From Nanobdellota archaeon (lineage in GTDB: Archaea; Nanobdellota; Nanobdellia; Nanobdellales; Nanobdellaceae): DNA of 15,894 bases. Position numbers and translations under genes: made by a program. Location: NCBI GenBank assembly GCA_020697515.1, contig JAIXNB010000041.1, forward strand, positions 1-15,894, given 5' to 3'. Positions 15,017-15,894 of this stretch are shown in pieces (within the stretch, counting starts at the first letter, position 1; each line of letters starts with the position of its first letter). A model generated the notes under the pieces. It saw only the letters and a program-made list of their open reading frames with translations. It had not been told where the DNA came from and made no database searches.

Positions 15017-15360
15017 TAGAGTTAAAGGAATGGTGGGATGTTGAATATACAATTGTGCCAGAGGACCATATTAAGTATGATAGGAAATTGATAGTGACAA
15101 TAAAGAATCATTCACCACATATAAGGGAGTTCAAAATTGGTGTGAAGAAGATAGATGTAAAGAACCAAATTAACCATCTAAGGATAAAGATGTTTCTAGA
15201 TGTAGACATTCCAGTCATTATATCTGTAGATAAATACAGAAGGAAAACCATAGAGATACCATTGCCTCGTTTGGTCTTGCCAGAAAAAGAAGGGAAGATC
15301 ATATTTTATGTAGAGAATTTACATACAAAAGAAAAGAAAGACATTGAAGTGTTTTTATGA
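15013..15360 (+). CDS. Hypothetical 115-aa protein, probably all-beta, no signal peptide
   Basis: ATGA overlaps at both ends (15013..15016 with pth2, 15357..15360 with rnp4) argue for a real, co-translated gene. The alternating beta-like pattern (KLIVTIKNHSPHIREFKIGV, KIIFYVENLHTKEKKDIEVFL) matches no family I recognise. Confidence 0.65.
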   Translation: MIELKEWWDVEYTIVPEDHIKYDRKLIVTIKNHSPHIREFKIGVKKIDVKNQINHLRIKMFLDVDIPVIISVDKYRRKTIEIPLPRLVLPEKEGKIIFYVENLHTKEKKDIEVFL

Positions 15361-15647
15361 GACGTATTAAAAAGCTAGCACTCAAACGCATTAATATTTT
15401 GTATAAGAAAGCTCTTAAATCGTATACTCAAAATCTAGAACTCTCCAGGAGATATATTTTTCTCCTATGGAGAATAAAGCAAAAGGCACAAGTATGTATA
15501 CCTCAAAACATAAGAAGTAGGTTCTGCAGAAGATGTTTCATACCATGGGTTATTGGAAGGACTATCAGTATAAGAATAAGGAATGGAAAAATAATTCTAA
15601 GATGTAAACAATGCGGTTATATTAAAAGATTACCATTTAGGGATTAG
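15357..15647 (+). CDS. rnp4: RNase P protein component 4 (Rpp21/Rpr2 family)
   Basis: 96 aa. The N-terminal helical part (RINILYKKAL...LSRRYIFLLWRI) is followed by a Zn ribbon FCRRCFIPWVIGRTISIRIRNGKIILRCKQCGYIKRLPF. This matches the Rpr2 pattern FCxxC...pG..vR......v..C..CG...R.P. Confidence 0.8.
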   Translation: MRRIKKLALKRINILYKKALKSYTQNLELSRRYIFLLWRIKQKAQVCIPQNIRSRFCRRCFIPWVIGRTISIRIRNGKIILRCKQCGYIKRLPFRD

Positions 15648-15766
15648 ACAACGACCATCTCTACTGAGAATTTTAGATAAATATTTGCGGCATTATTTTT
15701 TATAATTTATATCTTACTTTAAACTATTCAGGAAAATTTTTAAGTTGTAACTACTATATAGTAGAT

Positions 15767-15894
15767 ATGACAGAAAAAACTTTAGACGTTATACTAATAG
15801 GGGAAACCCATACAGATTTGAAACAAGCTTATGAAATCGCTAAAATAATCAAAAAATACAAGCCTGAATACGTTCTATACGAAGGATTTGATAA
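15767..15894 (+). CDS. Hypothetical protein, N-terminal 42 codons (runs off the right edge); GETH motif reminiscent of the TIKI/TraB/ChaN superfamily
   Basis: Absent from the track because no stop lies inside the window. Translation: MTEKTLDVILIGETHTDLKQAYEIAKIIKKYKPEYVLYEGFD. The pattern hhhhGxxH...P-x-hhhE resembles the first GxxH motif of TraB/ChaN-like proteins. An A/T box (aaatttttaag) sits about 28 nt upstream. Confidence 0.45.
   Translation, partial: MTEKTLDVILIGETHTDLKQAYEIAKIIKKYKPEYVLYEGFD

Noticed and set aside
13489-15302. Track ORFs 13489..13686 (+), 14018..14299 (-) and 15108..15302 (-)
   Set aside because: They are alternative-frame or antisense overlaps of the surface-protein gene and orf115, which have better contextual support.
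1-15894. Search for tRNA (including split tRNA halves), rRNA, CRISPR arrays, IS elements, integrases and defence genes
   Set aside because: There are no GC-rich islands, no T-loop-like GGTTCGAAT motifs, no arrays of spaced direct repeats, and no transposase-, integrase- or nuclease-like ORFs. Every ORF over 80 aa is accounted for by housekeeping functions or the hypotheticals listed above.

Overview
This is an AT-rich (about 30% GC by eye, not computed), very gene-dense archaeal housekeeping window. On the minus strand it carries an unlisted edge ORF, uS2, uL2, uL23, uL4, LeuRS, a small Zn-ribbon protein, aRF1 and ValRS. On the plus strand it carries eS1 (S3Ae), a minimal SPOUT methyltransferase, a stand-alone C-terminal piece of GatE, a HIT protein, a Cys-rich secreted/anchored surface protein, Pth2, an unknown 115-aa protein, RNase P subunit Rpp21 and a second edge ORF. 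The organism looks like a reduced-genome thermophilic archaeon (Nanoarchaeota/DPANN-like), though I cannot name it. The grounds are K/I/E-rich proteins, shortened enzymes (ValRS about 758 aa, aRF1 361 aa), a fragmented r-protein operon, a split gatE, and TATA-like boxes 20-30 nt upstream of most start codons. I found no rRNA, tRNA, CRISPR array, transposase/integrase or recognisable defence genes, and no GC-rich islands of the kind structural RNAs form in AT-rich thermophiles. The best non-obvious signals are these: (1) a canonical C/D box sRNA hidden under the 5' end of track ORF 9158..9472; (2) the split gatE; (3) an ATGA-overlapped pth2-orf115-rnp4 operon with an unknown middle gene; (4) the Cys-rich surface protein; (5) two real-looking ORFs cut by the window edges and missing from the track; (6) three unexplained ~300-bp non-coding gaps. 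I did not find convincing evidence for a wholly new multi-gene system.
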